NCBI GenBank assembly: GCA_965223505.1
Contig: CBDCWP010000013.1
Location: 192,001-256,000 of the forward strand
Reading direction: 5' to 3'
DNA: 64,000 bases
Source of the DNA: Planctomycetota bacterium
GTDB lineage: Bacteria > Planctomycetota > PLA2 > JAEUHO01
Part shown: piece by piece, positions 9,937 through 19,754 of the stretch
How positions within the stretch are numbered: position 1 is the first letter of the stretch
How the letters are laid out: each line of letters starts with the position of its first letter
Made by a program: the position numbers and the translations under genes
The notes under the pieces: model-generated
The model's input: only the letters and a program-made list of their open reading frames with translations
What the model was told of the DNA's origin: nothing
Databases searched by the model: none

Positions 9937-10851
9937 TCACGCAAGCTGCTGTTGGCCATACCAATCGATAATTTCGCGGCCGCGCGCCGCCCAAACGCCC
10001 TGGCGCGACATCATGGCCTGCAACGCCTCGTCGAGATAGCGAATGCGAAATGGCTGCCCCATGAGCCATGGATGCACGTGGATGACGAGCAAGCGGCCAT
10101 TGTCGCGCCCATCGTCATAGAGGCGCTCAAACCCTTCTTGCAACAGTTGGCCATAGCGCGGCGTGCGCACGCGCCGCTGCCACAGGGCGTGCGCATCGTC
10201 GAGTTCCAGCATGATGGGCAGGGCGAACAGCTCGCCTTCAGGCGCGCTCATGCGGTAGGGCTGTTCGTCATTGACCCAGTCGCAGACATAGCGCACGCCG
10301 GCTTGGGCCAACAGTTGCGGCGTGCGTTCGGACTCGCCGTACTCCGGCCCCAGCCAGCCGATGGGCGGCTCGCCCGTGGCCTGGCCAATCGTGTCGAGCG
10401 CGCTTTGAATATAGCGCTGCTCATCTGACGCGGTCATGGCGCTGCTCACCAGGCGGGTCGCGGCGGCCCCGTGCGCGATGAACTCGCAGCCACGCTGTCG
10501 GCAGTGCTCGACGAGATAGGGATAGTGCTCGGCGGTGAGGGCGTCGATGGCGATCGTCGGGGCGACGCCGTGCTTTTCCAACACGTCCAAGAGGCGGAAA
10601 ATACCCACCCGGTGGCCGTACTCCCGATGCGTCAAGCGCGAATAATCCGGATAGGGCCGCGGAATCATCCCTGCCGCCTGCGGCGATGCTTGCACACTGT
10701 CCTCCGGCGGCAGCCATTCCGTGTGTTCCAAACTGATGATGACGCACAGGGCCACTCGCGCACCCCCGGGCCAGATCAGGCGGGCGCGATCGCGCATCGG
10801 CGACCAGCTATAATGCGCATGATCCATGCCGTAGCGGCGTTCTGCAGGCAT
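9937..10851 (-). CDS. PuuE-like polysaccharide deacetylase family protein, type B
   Basis: WPGGARVA, REYGHRVGIFRL, GWLGP, DWVNDEQPY, HPWLMGQPFR. Confidence 0.88.
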   Translation of the reverse strand: MPAERRYGMDHAHYSWSPMRDRARLIWPGGARVALCVIISLEHTEWLPPEDSVQASPQAAGMIPRPYPDYSRLTHREYGHRVGIFRLLDVLEKHGVAPTIAIDALTAEHYPYLVEHCRQRGCEFIAHGAAATRLVSSAMTASDEQRYIQSALDTIGQATGEPPIGWLGPEYGESERTPQLLAQAGVRYVCDWVNDEQPYRMSAPEGELFALPIMLELDDAHALWQRRVRTPRYGQLLQEGFERLYDDGRDNGRLLVIHVHPWLMGQPFRIRYLDEALQAMMSRQGVWAARGREIIDWYGQQQLA

Positions 10852-10865
10852 GACGGGGCCTCCCT

Positions 10866-11774
10866 CTAGGCTTGCAGCTCGGCGGCGTGCGCCACGGCTT
10901 GGTCATAGTAATGCGTCATGTAGTACTCGGCGATCTCATCGGCCGTCGTCTGCCAGACGCCCTCATGCGACATGATGTAGCGCAGGATCTCGTCCAAATA
11001 GCGCACGCGGTGCGGTTGCCCAATGACGAAGGGGTGCAGCGCAATGCACATGACGCGCCCGCTCGCTTCTCCCTCGCGGTAGAGCTGGTCGAATTGATCC
11101 TTGCAAATCTGCACAAAGTCCTCGCCTTCAAAGTGCGTGCGAAACAGGGGAGAGTCATTCAGCTCGATGGAGTAGGGCACCGAGATCAAGCGCCCTGCCT
11201 TCACCCGAATCGGGACTGGCTGATCGTCGTGCAGCCAATCCGTATGGTAGATGAGCCCCGCTTCCGCCATCAAATCCGGCGTGTTCTCGGTCCCAGAGAT
11301 CGCCGGCCCGAGCATGCCCTTTAACGTCTTCCCGGTGTGGCGCTTGAGCGTCGCCATGGTGTCCTGGTAGAACTCGCGCTCCCGCGCTTCCGAGTAGCCG
11401 TAGAGATAACGCGTGTTATAAATCCCATGGCTCATGTAATCCCAATCCCGCTCGACCATGGCCGCCGCAATTTCCGGATAGTGTTCGAGCACCGCCATAT
11501 TAAGCGACACGCAGCACTTGATGGCGTAGGCGTCCAACACCTCCAGCATGCGCCAAAAGCCCACGCGGTTGCCGTAGTCGCGGTAGCTATACTCCCGCAC
11601 ATCGGGATAGGGCATACGGGGCCACGGATTGCGGTGGCCTTCGTAGTCGGGCAGATATTCGTAGTGCTCGACATTCGGCGACACCCAAAACGCCACGCGC
11701 GCGTCGTTGGGCCAGGTCAGACGCGGCCGATCGATAATGGGACTGTAATCGACGCGGTGCGGCGGTAATGACAC
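10866..11774 (-). CDS. PuuE-like polysaccharide deacetylase family protein, type A
   Basis: DYSPIIDRP, WPNDARVAFW, DYGNRVGFWR, DDQP, ALHPFVIGQPHR. Confidence 0.88.
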   Translation of the reverse strand: MSLPPHRVDYSPIIDRPRLTWPNDARVAFWVSPNVEHYEYLPDYEGHRNPWPRMPYPDVREYSYRDYGNRVGFWRMLEVLDAYAIKCCVSLNMAVLEHYPEIAAAMVERDWDYMSHGIYNTRYLYGYSEAREREFYQDTMATLKRHTGKTLKGMLGPAISGTENTPDLMAEAGLIYHTDWLHDDQPVPIRVKAGRLISVPYSIELNDSPLFRTHFEGEDFVQICKDQFDQLYREGEASGRVMCIALHPFVIGQPHRVRYLDEILRYIMSHEGVWQTTADEIAEYYMTHYYDQAVAHAAELQA

Positions 11775-11942
11775 GAGACGGCTCCTCTAATCTCAGAACG
11801 ATCCGATCGATGATGGCCAGGATGGCGTTGCTCGCCTATCGTATCATGCACACGGGTAAAGTTGCACGACTGACGTCTTGGCCATACTCCAGCCACGCGT
11901 GATTACGGAAGTGGCAGCCTGCTGAAATTATGTTGCAAAAGG

Positions 11943-11957
11943 GTATAATAATTATAC
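11943..11957. promoter_or_regulatory. Palindromic operator overlapping the -10 box of the BrnT-type TA promoter
   Basis: GTATAA-taa-TTATAC containing TATAAT, just upstream of ATG 11967. Confidence 0.55.
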
Positions 11958-11966
11958 AATATTCAC

Positions 11967-12242
11967 ATGCGAATTCGATGGGACGAAACCAAACGACAAC
12001 AAGTTTTAGCGCAGCGTGAGATCGATTTTGCTCGACTCGATGAGTTATTCGAGCTGCCCTACGTAGAAGATCAACGAAACGATGACCCAGAGCAGTATCG
12101 TGTCATTGGTTTTGCCGCTGGGCGTCTCGTTTCATTCATCATTGAATACCGAGCGGATGTGCTTGGCGACTATATCTGGGTGGTCACGGCGTGGCGCGCC
12201 ACCCCACAAGAGGAACATGCTTATGAGCGAGAAGTCTATTAA
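11967..12242 (+). CDS. BrnT-family toxin
   Basis: RWDETKR..., IDF, YRVIG, VTAWRATPQE..Y pattern; 91 aa. Confidence 0.8.
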   Translation: MRIRWDETKRQQVLAQREIDFARLDELFELPYVEDQRNDDPEQYRVIGFAAGRLVSFIIEYRADVLGDYIWVVTAWRATPQEEHAYEREVY

Positions 12243-12501
12243 CCATTCTGATGCTGAAGATATTGAAACGATTGCGGCCCGCGCAGAGCGCGGAGAGGAT
12301 GTCTCCGCTCACTTCACCAACCGGCACGTGGCCAAACAACGCGTCAACATTGATTTTCCACTGGCGTTGCTGCGCCAAATTGATGCCGAGTGCCAGCGCA
12401 TCGGCGTCACCCGGCAAGCGTGGATCAAGATGGCGTGTGATGAGCGCCTACGCCAGGCGCTCGCGAGCCCACAATCCGATGAAGCCCGCCGAACCGTCTG
12501 A
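12217..12501 (+). CDS. CopG/BrnA-type ribbon-helix-helix antitoxin
   Basis: QRVNIDFP...IDAECQRIGVTRQAWIK; overlaps the toxin stop; GAGGA RBS. Confidence 0.8.
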   Translation: MLMSEKSINHSDAEDIETIAARAERGEDVSAHFTNRHVAKQRVNIDFPLALLRQIDAECQRIGVTRQAWIKMACDERLRQALASPQSDEARRTV

Positions 12502-12512
12502 GGCCCGCCGAC

Positions 12513-14159
12513 CTACCCGAACGAAAACTTCGAGTACTCCCCTTCGTCGCACGTGATAAACTCCAGCACCGTCGGCCGCCCGGCCTCCGTCGCCGCCAGG
12601 CCGCGCTTGAGCGCCGGGATGATCTCCTGCGGCTCGGTGATTTTCTCGCTGTAGGCGCCCATGGCGTGCGCCACCTCGGAAAATTCGCCGGAGAGCGTCT
12701 TGACGTTGTACTTCTCCAAGGCCACGGGAAAGCGGCTGTTATCGTAAATCGACATGTAGGCGTTATTGATCACGATGGTCAAAATCGGGATGTCGCAGCG
12801 CACCGCGGTTTCGATATCCAATCCGACCGTGCTAAAGGCCAGATCGCCCATCAGGTTGATCACTTGCTTGTGCGGCGCCGCCATCTTGGCGCCCATGGCC
12901 AAGCCCAGGCTGTAGCCCAATTGCGTGGACTTGCCCCAGCCAATAAAACTACGCGGCGCGCGGGCCTCCCAGAAGGGAACCATGTACTCCCTGGCGCTGC
13001 CGGATTCGTGCGTCACGATGGTGTTGTCGAGGTCCACCGTGTGCATCAAATCCCACACCACACGGTAGGGGTTGATCGGCTTGCTCGTCGAGGTCAGCTT
13101 GTGCATCCATTGATCCAGCCACTGCGCCTTGGTCGCCTTAATGTCATCCTGCAGCGCGTGATCGGCAGGACGCGCGCCGCCAGCCTCGTCTTGCAGGGCC
13201 TCCAACAGTTGCCGCAGCGCCAGTTTGGCGTCGCCCACCACCGGATAATCGCAGCGGAATTCCTTGTTGATGGCGTCTTCGTCATTGGTCAGGTGCGCGA
13301 TCGTTTTCCCAGGCGGAATCGGCGCGCCGAAATTGGTGCGGGTAAAGCTGCAGCCCACGCCGAACACCAAATCCGCGCGCGTCAAATAGCGGTGCACGCC
13401 CAGCGTCGTGCTCGGCCCGGCTGCGCCCACGGACAGCGGGTGCGTTTCGGGAAAGGCGCTCTTGCCGGGCAGGGTGGTCATCACCGGGGCCTGTAAAAAC
13501 TCGGCGACCTGCACCAACTCCGGGGTGGCCTCGGCGTACAGTACGCCCTGACCCGCGTGGATGATAGGCCGCTCGGCCGCCAGCAGGGCCTGGGCGGCGC
13601 GGCGCACCAGTTCCGGATCGCCCGCCTGGCGCAGCTTCTGCGGCGGCGTGTAGTCGAGCCCATTGCCAGGCAGCTCCGCCATCGCCACGTCCTGCGGAAT
13701 TTCCAGCAACACCGGCCCCGGCCTGCCGCTGCGCAGCTTGGTGAAAGCGCGTCGCATCAGCTCCGGCACGCGCTCCACCATGTTGATCTCGTCAGCCCAC
13801 TTGGTGATTGTCTCATAGCTGCGCGCCGGGTAAAAGTTGGGGTGCACGCCGCGCCGGGCGCGCGCCATGCCAGCGGGCAGCAGCAGGATCGGCACGGACT
13901 CCGCATACGCCTGCGCCACGCCGCCAAAGCCATTTTCCGCGCCAGGGCCATTCTGCATCATAAAGACGCCGATGCGCTGCCCGTTGTTGATGCGGGAATA
14001 GCCGTCCACCATGTGGATGCCAGTCAGTTCCTGGCGGAAGATGAGGGGCCGGATGTCGGCGATAGCCGCGGCTTCCAGCAAGGGTTGATAGGGCACGCAG
14101 GCGATAAAATCCACCCCTTCCATACGCAAAATATTGGCGATCGCGGTAACGCCGTCCAT
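12513..14159 (-). CDS. Thiamine pyrophosphate-dependent enzyme (acetolactate synthase-like)
   Basis: GPGAEN, GRPGPVLLEIP, GD...NN TPP-binding motif; start placed at MDGVTAI. Confidence 0.9.
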   Translation of the reverse strand: MDGVTAIANILRMEGVDFIACVPYQPLLEAAAIADIRPLIFRQELTGIHMVDGYSRINNGQRIGVFMMQNGPGAENGFGGVAQAYAESVPILLLPAGMARARRGVHPNFYPARSYETITKWADEINMVERVPELMRRAFTKLRSGRPGPVLLEIPQDVAMAELPGNGLDYTPPQKLRQAGDPELVRRAAQALLAAERPIIHAGQGVLYAEATPELVQVAEFLQAPVMTTLPGKSAFPETHPLSVGAAGPSTTLGVHRYLTRADLVFGVGCSFTRTNFGAPIPPGKTIAHLTNDEDAINKEFRCDYPVVGDAKLALRQLLEALQDEAGGARPADHALQDDIKATKAQWLDQWMHKLTSTSKPINPYRVVWDLMHTVDLDNTIVTHESGSAREYMVPFWEARAPRSFIGWGKSTQLGYSLGLAMGAKMAAPHKQVINLMGDLAFSTVGLDIETAVRCDIPILTIVINNAYMSIYDNSRFPVALEKYNVKTLSGEFSEVAHAMGAYSEKITEPQEIIPALKRGLAATEAGRPTVLEFITCDEGEYSKFSFG

Positions 14160-14359
14160 ACCAGTTCTCCTCTCTCCTGTTGTGTGTCGTGTGGCGCATA
14201 TCGATGGGCGCATTGTATGAACGAGGCGCCACCCGCGTCAAGCGTCATGCGCGCCGGTTGGCGTCCGCAGGGCTTGACTTTGCCCGCCGAATGGCGGAAA
14301 GTACGGAGAGCGCGACTAAATCTTCTAGCGACGCTGCACTGCAGCGGTGGAGGGCGACT

Positions 14360-15556
14360 ATGCAATTTGGGCTACTTTACGAATGTCAGCGGCCGTTTAA
14401 AGGCACCGAGATCGATTGGAACAAGCTCTACAAAGAGACCCTGGAGCAATGCGAACTGGCCGACAAGGTGGGCTTTGACAACCTGTGGTTCGTCGAGCAC
14501 CACTTCCTCACCGGCTTTTCCGGCTCGCCGAGCCAGGACGCCATGTTCGGCGCCCTGAGCCGCATCACTAAACAAATCCGCATTGGCTATGGCGTCTGCA
14601 TCTTGCCCTATCACCACCCGGTGCGCGTCGCCGAGCGCGTGGCGCTGCTCGACCAACTCACTGATGGCCGCATCGAGCTGGGCACCGGCCGCTCCAACGC
14701 CTACGAGCAAACCGGCCTGGGCTTGGACCCCAGGGACACGCGCAGCTTGTGGGACGAGTCCATCACCATGCTGCCGAAGATCTGGACCTCGGACGAGTTC
14801 GAGTGGAAAGGCAAACACTGGAACGTGCCGAAGCGGCGCGTGCTGCCCAAGCCCTACCAGCAGCCGCACCCGAACATGTACCTGGCCTGCACCTCGCCCG
14901 ATAGCTTCCGCCTGGCCGCGCAAAAGGGCATCGGCGTGTTGTCATCGACGTCGTACGCCGTCAACGTCCTGGCTGACCTGGTGCAAATCTACCGCGACGA
15001 ACTCAAAAACGCCCAACCGGTGGGCGACTTCATCACCAACTTCTGGGGCAACAACGTTCATAGCTTCTGCGATGACGACGACGATTACGCCAAGGACTTG
15101 GCGGCTGAGTCGATGAAGACGTTCTTCGGGCCTGACAAGCCCTATATTCAGGGCCGCATCAACGCCTATGAAGAGCTGATCGAAGCCTGGGGCGGCATTC
15201 CCGACCACTTGCAGGCCGACTTTGGCCGCTGGTTGCGTCAATCCGATGAGGACCACAAAAAACTGGCCACGGAAGTCGGCGTCTCGTTAGATTCCGGCCC
15301 TGGCGCGGCGCGCGCCGCCTTTGCGCAGTTGGACAGCAAGACCCTGGCGGATCGTGGCGTCATCATTGCTGGCAACCCCGAATCCTGCATCAAAACCTGC
15401 ATGATGTACGAAGACATCGGCGTTGACCAAGTGATGCTGATCATGCAGACCGAGACCATTCCGCATGACAAGGTGATGGGCTCGATCGAGAAATTCGGCA
15501 AGGAAGTGATCCCGGCGGTGAAGGCCGCCACCGCCAAGGCGGGCGCCGCTGATTAA
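14360..15556 (+). CDS. LLM-class flavin-dependent oxidoreductase
   Basis: MQFGLLYE, GFDNLWFVEHHF, HPVRVAERVALLDQLTDGRIELGTGR; GGAGG RBS. Confidence 0.92.
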   Translation: MQFGLLYECQRPFKGTEIDWNKLYKETLEQCELADKVGFDNLWFVEHHFLTGFSGSPSQDAMFGALSRITKQIRIGYGVCILPYHHPVRVAERVALLDQLTDGRIELGTGRSNAYEQTGLGLDPRDTRSLWDESITMLPKIWTSDEFEWKGKHWNVPKRRVLPKPYQQPHPNMYLACTSPDSFRLAAQKGIGVLSSTSYAVNVLADLVQIYRDELKNAQPVGDFITNFWGNNVHSFCDDDDDYAKDLAAESMKTFFGPDKPYIQGRINAYEELIEAWGGIPDHLQADFGRWLRQSDEDHKKLATEVGVSLDSGPGAARAAFAQLDSKTLADRGVIIAGNPESCIKTCMMYEDIGVDQVMLIMQTETIPHDKVMGSIEKFGKEVIPAVKAATAKAGAAD

Positions 15557-17220
15557 GATGCTTTCTGCTTGTTGACCTCGCTTGGCTCGCTGTCGTCGGC
15601 GTCGGTAACCCCGACGTCGACGGGGCGGGCTTCGGTTTTAGCTTCCGCAACCGGCGCACTGCGCTGGCTCCACCAACGCCGATTCGCCAAGATCGCGGGC
15701 GTAATGGCCAACGCCGCCAACAGGGTGTTGAGCAAAAAGTAATCGCCCCAAGCTGCAGTGCTGGCCTCCGCCATCAAGCGTTGATGCAGCAACGCCATGC
15801 TCTTCGCGGGCACTAGCGGCGCGATCTCGCCGGACCACATCAAGAACTCCCGCACATGGCCCATGGCCGCCGTCATGGCGGCGTGGTCGGCCGGCGTGTC
15901 GACGGCGTATTGCTGAATGTGATGCTGGAAACGGTAATCCCAGAACACCGCCGACGAGGCCATGCCCACCGTGGCGCCAATGCTGCGCAGCAGGCCCAGG
16001 AGCCCCGCCGCCATCATCACCTGATTGTCGGGCAGGGCGCGCAGCGCAATGAGGTTATTGGGCGAGCCAATCAGGGCCTCACCAGAAAAGCGCAGGCATA
16101 ACAGGCTGATCAAAATCGACGCGGTGGTCAGCTCATTCACCCCGGAGTAGTTCCAAAACGCCCAGCCGTACACCAGCAATCCGATGATGACGAGGATGTG
16201 CGGCGAGATGCGATCGGAAAGGCGTCCCACCAGCAGCACGCCAACGCCGTAGGTGAGGTTCGAGGGCAACTGTGTCCAGGCCACCATGAGCGGAATAAAG
16301 CCGAGCATACGCTGCATCAGCACCTGCATCATCGGGCCAGTGCCGCGAAAGGCGACGGTGGTCAAAAACAGCACGATGGCGGCCATGACAAAGGGCGGCT
16401 GACAAAATAGCCGCAGCTCCACCAGGGGTTCGTCGCTGCGCAATTCGATGATGATGAACACGAGCGTCGCCACCGCGGCAATGGCGAACAGGGTCAAAAT
16501 ATACTGCGAGTCCCAACCCTCACGGTTGCCCTGGCTCAGGGCCAGCATGAGTGTGATGACAGCTACGGCCATGGTCATCAAGCCGTATTGATCCAGGCGG
16601 CGCCGATCCGGTTGCTGCAAGTGCGGCAGCAGGAACCAGGCCGCTGCACACCCCAGGCCGCTCAGGGGCACGACGATGGCGTAGGCCGTGCGCCAGGCGG
16701 CGAATTCGAGCACGTAACCCGCCATAAATGCGCCGATCGAGGGGCCTACGGCCCAGCCGATGAGGGAAAAGGCCAGGGCCATGCCGCGCTGATTGGGCGG
16801 AAAGATCTGGTAGAAAATCGCCATGGTCAGCGGCTGAATGAGTCCCCCGGCCATGCCCGCCAAGACGCGAAATAACAGCAGCGAGCCCCAGTCCCAGGCC
16901 AGCGAGCTACCCAGCCCGCCCAGACAAAACGTCCCCAGGCACAAGATGTACAACAGGCGCGGCCCCAGGCGGCCGCTGAGCCAGCCGAGCATGGGAATCA
17001 TCACCGTGCGCGCCAGGCCAAAGGCGGTGAGCACCCAGTGAATCTGGTACAATTCGACGCGCAGGCTGGTCATAATTTTGGGCAGGGTGTAATTGCTGAC
17101 CGACGCCTCAATGGCGAAAACGATCAGGCCCGTGCCGAGCAAGGCCGTGGTGAGCCAGCGCTCGCGGACGCCGAGATAAGTTGGAGTAGCGGATTCGCTC
17201 ATCGTGGTGTTCAGGCTCAC
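15553..17220 (-). CDS. DHA2 (EmrB/QacA) MFS efflux transporter
   Basis: About 14 TM helices, GWLSGRLGPR motif A, EPLVELRLF. Confidence 0.88.
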   Translation of the reverse strand: MSLNTTMSESATPTYLGVRERWLTTALLGTGLIVFAIEASVSNYTLPKIMTSLRVELYQIHWVLTAFGLARTVMIPMLGWLSGRLGPRLLYILCLGTFCLGGLGSSLAWDWGSLLLFRVLAGMAGGLIQPLTMAIFYQIFPPNQRGMALAFSLIGWAVGPSIGAFMAGYVLEFAAWRTAYAIVVPLSGLGCAAAWFLLPHLQQPDRRRLDQYGLMTMAVAVITLMLALSQGNREGWDSQYILTLFAIAAVATLVFIIIELRSDEPLVELRLFCQPPFVMAAIVLFLTTVAFRGTGPMMQVLMQRMLGFIPLMVAWTQLPSNLTYGVGVLLVGRLSDRISPHILVIIGLLVYGWAFWNYSGVNELTTASILISLLCLRFSGEALIGSPNNLIALRALPDNQVMMAAGLLGLLRSIGATVGMASSAVFWDYRFQHHIQQYAVDTPADHAAMTAAMGHVREFLMWSGEIAPLVPAKSMALLHQRLMAEASTAAWGDYFLLNTLLAALAITPAILANRRWWSQRSAPVAEAKTEARPVDVGVTDADDSEPSEVNKQKAS

Positions 17221-17348
17221 AGGTAGCGGCGCAACGGTTCATGTCACTTTTGGCAGCGTGACACATCTCTGCCGCGCCTGTCAAGCTTCTGTTATAATCA
17301 ACCCTTTACATACGCCGATTTACAACGGATAACCTTGGAGATTCCACC

Positions 17349-18728
17349 ATGGCGACCACCATGCCAACGACGCTAATGGAAACGCCCGCCGTGACGGCCG
17401 GGGCGCTAACGACAGACGATCTGTCCGCCTTTCAAGACGACTTTCAGTCCAAGCCCGCCTACCGCCTGATGCAAAACGCCGTGACCGAAACCACCATTGA
17501 CGCGGTGGCCCTCAACCGCCAGGTGGTGACGCGCGCCGACCACACCTTTTCCATCCATCTCGACGACTGGAAGGTGACCAACCAAAAGCAATCGGGCCGC
17601 TGCTGGGCCTTTGCCGGCATGAACCTGATTCGCGTCGGCGCCATGCAAAAGATGGGTCTCAAGAATTTTGAGTTCAGCCAGAATTACGTCATGTTCTGGG
17701 ACAAATTCGAAAAGGCCAATTGGTTCTTAGAGGCCATTTTGCAAACCGCAGGCCGCGATGTCGATGACCGCACTGTGCACTACCTCCTCGGCCGCCCAGT
17801 GGACGACGGCGGGCAGTGGAACATGTTCGTCAATTTGGTGCGCAAATACGGCCTCGTTCCCCAGACGCAAATGCCCGAAACCGAGAGTTCCTCCAGCACC
17901 GGGCGTCTGAATCAGGCCCTGCTCAACGAACTGCGGCAAGGCGCCCGCACCCTGCGCCAACTCGCGGCTGATGGCGCCGGCGATGACGCCTGCCGGGCGC
18001 GCAAAAAAGACATTCTCAACACCGTCTACCGCATTCTCTCCATTCACTTAGGCACGCCGCCGAGCTCGTTCCTGTGGCAGTGGAAGAACAAAGACAAAAC
18101 CTTTCAGCGCAGCGGCGAAACGACGCCGCAAGCCTTCGCCGCCGAGTACACCACCATCCCGCTCGACGATTACATCTGCCTGGTGCACGACCCGCGCAAC
18201 CCTTATGGCAAGACCTACACCGTGGACTTCCTGGGCAACGTCGTCGGCGGCCAGCCCGTGGTCTATCTCAACGTCGATATCCAGCTCATCAAAGCCATCA
18301 CGCAGCGCGCCCTCGAAGACGGCGAACCGGTGTGGATGGGCTGCGACGTGGGCAAACAGATGAGCAGCAAATTCGGCGTCTGGGACCAGCACCTCTACGA
18401 CTTCGAGGGCGTCTACGACACGGCTTACACCAACGACAAGGCCGACCGGCTGCGCTACCGGCAAACCGTCATGACGCACGCCATGCTCTTTACCGGCGTC
18501 GATGTCGTAGACGGCGCGCCGCGGCGCTGGCGGGTGGAAAACAGTTGGGGCGACGAGCGCGGCCAAAAGGGCTATTACCTGATGAATGACAACTGGTTTG
18601 ACGCCTACATGTTCGAGATCGCCGCGCACCGCAAGTATCTCTCGGCCGACTTGCTGCGGGCCTTTGACGAGCCGCCGGTGGTGCTGCCGGCCTGGGATCC
18701 GATGGGGTCGCTGGCGGGGCGGGGTTAG
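17349..18728 (+). CDS. pepC: Cysteine aminopeptidase C / bleomycin hydrolase (peptidase C1B)
   Basis: QKQSGRCW, THAM, WRVENSWG, C-terminal WDPMGSLA. Confidence 0.95.
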   Translation: MATTMPTTLMETPAVTAGALTTDDLSAFQDDFQSKPAYRLMQNAVTETTIDAVALNRQVVTRADHTFSIHLDDWKVTNQKQSGRCWAFAGMNLIRVGAMQKMGLKNFEFSQNYVMFWDKFEKANWFLEAILQTAGRDVDDRTVHYLLGRPVDDGGQWNMFVNLVRKYGLVPQTQMPETESSSSTGRLNQALLNELRQGARTLRQLAADGAGDDACRARKKDILNTVYRILSIHLGTPPSSFLWQWKNKDKTFQRSGETTPQAFAAEYTTIPLDDYICLVHDPRNPYGKTYTVDFLGNVVGGQPVVYLNVDIQLIKAITQRALEDGEPVWMGCDVGKQMSSKFGVWDQHLYDFEGVYDTAYTNDKADRLRYRQTVMTHAMLFTGVDVVDGAPRRWRVENSWGDERGQKGYYLMNDNWFDAYMFEIAAHRKYLSADLLRAFDEPPVVLPAWDPMGSLAGRG

Positions 18729-18840
18729 GCGCCAGAACGCCGGTTTTCTTGAGTCGATGATATGGCTTGGGAAAACCGGCGCAGTTGAGGACGGGTACAC
18801 TAAATGGGCCACTCTGATAGGTGCTTGTTTTGTCGCGATT

Positions 18841-18864
18841 TGTGTTGTAAATTATTACAACACA
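18841..18864. promoter_or_regulatory. Perfect 10-bp inverted repeat operator upstream of a TA pair
   Basis: TGTGTTGTAA-atta-TTACAACACA abutting the GGAG RBS. Confidence 0.7.
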
Positions 18865-18871
18865 GGAGAAC

Positions 18872-19150
18872 ATGATGCTTGATGTCGTTGTTATCTGGGA
18901 TCCCGACGACAACGCAGAGCATATTGCCGAACACGGCATCACGCTAGACGAGGTCGAAGACGTCGTAGGCTACCGAGACAATCTACAGGCGACTACGACG
19001 ACAAGCAGATCTTCCGGCCGCTATATCACGTTTGGCTATACCGCTGACATGCGCTACATCGCGGTGGTGTGGGAACATGTCGATGACAATCCGCTCACCA
19101 TTTATCCGATTACTGCTTTTGACGCGCCAGAGCCACGAGGAAGGGGATAA
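18872..19150 (+). CDS. BrnT-like (RelE-superfamily) toxin
   Basis: WDPDDNAEHIAEHGITLDEVEDV, G.T...RYIAVV, PITAF. Confidence 0.7.
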   Translation: MMLDVVVIWDPDDNAEHIAEHGITLDEVEDVVGYRDNLQATTTTSRSSGRYITFGYTADMRYIAVVWEHVDDNPLTIYPITAFDAPEPRGRG

Positions 19151-19155
19151 TTGTC

Positions 19156-19512
19156 ATGAAACGTATATACCGCAAGATGTCTCATTCGCCCGAAGACAAG
19201 GCGCGTTTGCAGGCGATCCGAGATGAATTTCAAACGCAACGACCGTCACTTGATGACTTGGTCGCATCGGGCGACTATACTGAGCCCACGCCGCACAAAG
19301 AGGTCTTGGATGCGATGCGCATCGCCGCCTTATTGAAACGGGCGCGGGAAGAAGCGCAGCTCAGTTTGGCGGAGGTTTCCAAACGTTGTGGCATCGATCG
19401 TTCGGCGATTAGCCGGATTGAAAATGGCGTGTATAAAAATTTAACCATGAGCACCCTGAGCCGCTTGGCCGGCGCCTATGGGAAACGGGTGACGATCCAA
19501 CTTGAGGACTAA
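19156..19512 (+). CDS. XRE-family HTH antitoxin/regulator
   Basis: LKRAREEAQLSLAEVSKRCGIDRSAISRIENG. Confidence 0.85.
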   Translation: MKRIYRKMSHSPEDKARLQAIRDEFQTQRPSLDDLVASGDYTEPTPHKEVLDAMRIAALLKRAREEAQLSLAEVSKRCGIDRSAISRIENGVYKNLTMSTLSRLAGAYGKRVTIQLED

Positions 19513-19754
19513 ACGCGCTTTTCCGGTGACATGCGCTAGTGCTCGATCGCTCCTAAATTGATGGACAGGACTGCCGCCAGTTTTCGACAGTTGCCAATTT
19601 CCTTGTTCGCTAATCCATCGTTTTAGCCGCAATGGAGCAATAGTTTCAGACATCATTAAAAGTCTTCCTCGCTTGACTCACCTGGCCATGATGCGCCAAG
19701 CATCCAAAAGTTCAGAAGCATCAAGGAGGCCGCGGCCAAGTGTGGACATGAGGT

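Noticed and set aside
19441..19656. 71-aa minus-strand ORF with a possible RBS
   Set aside because: Overlaps the XRE gene end and has no recognisable motif; cannot be supported.
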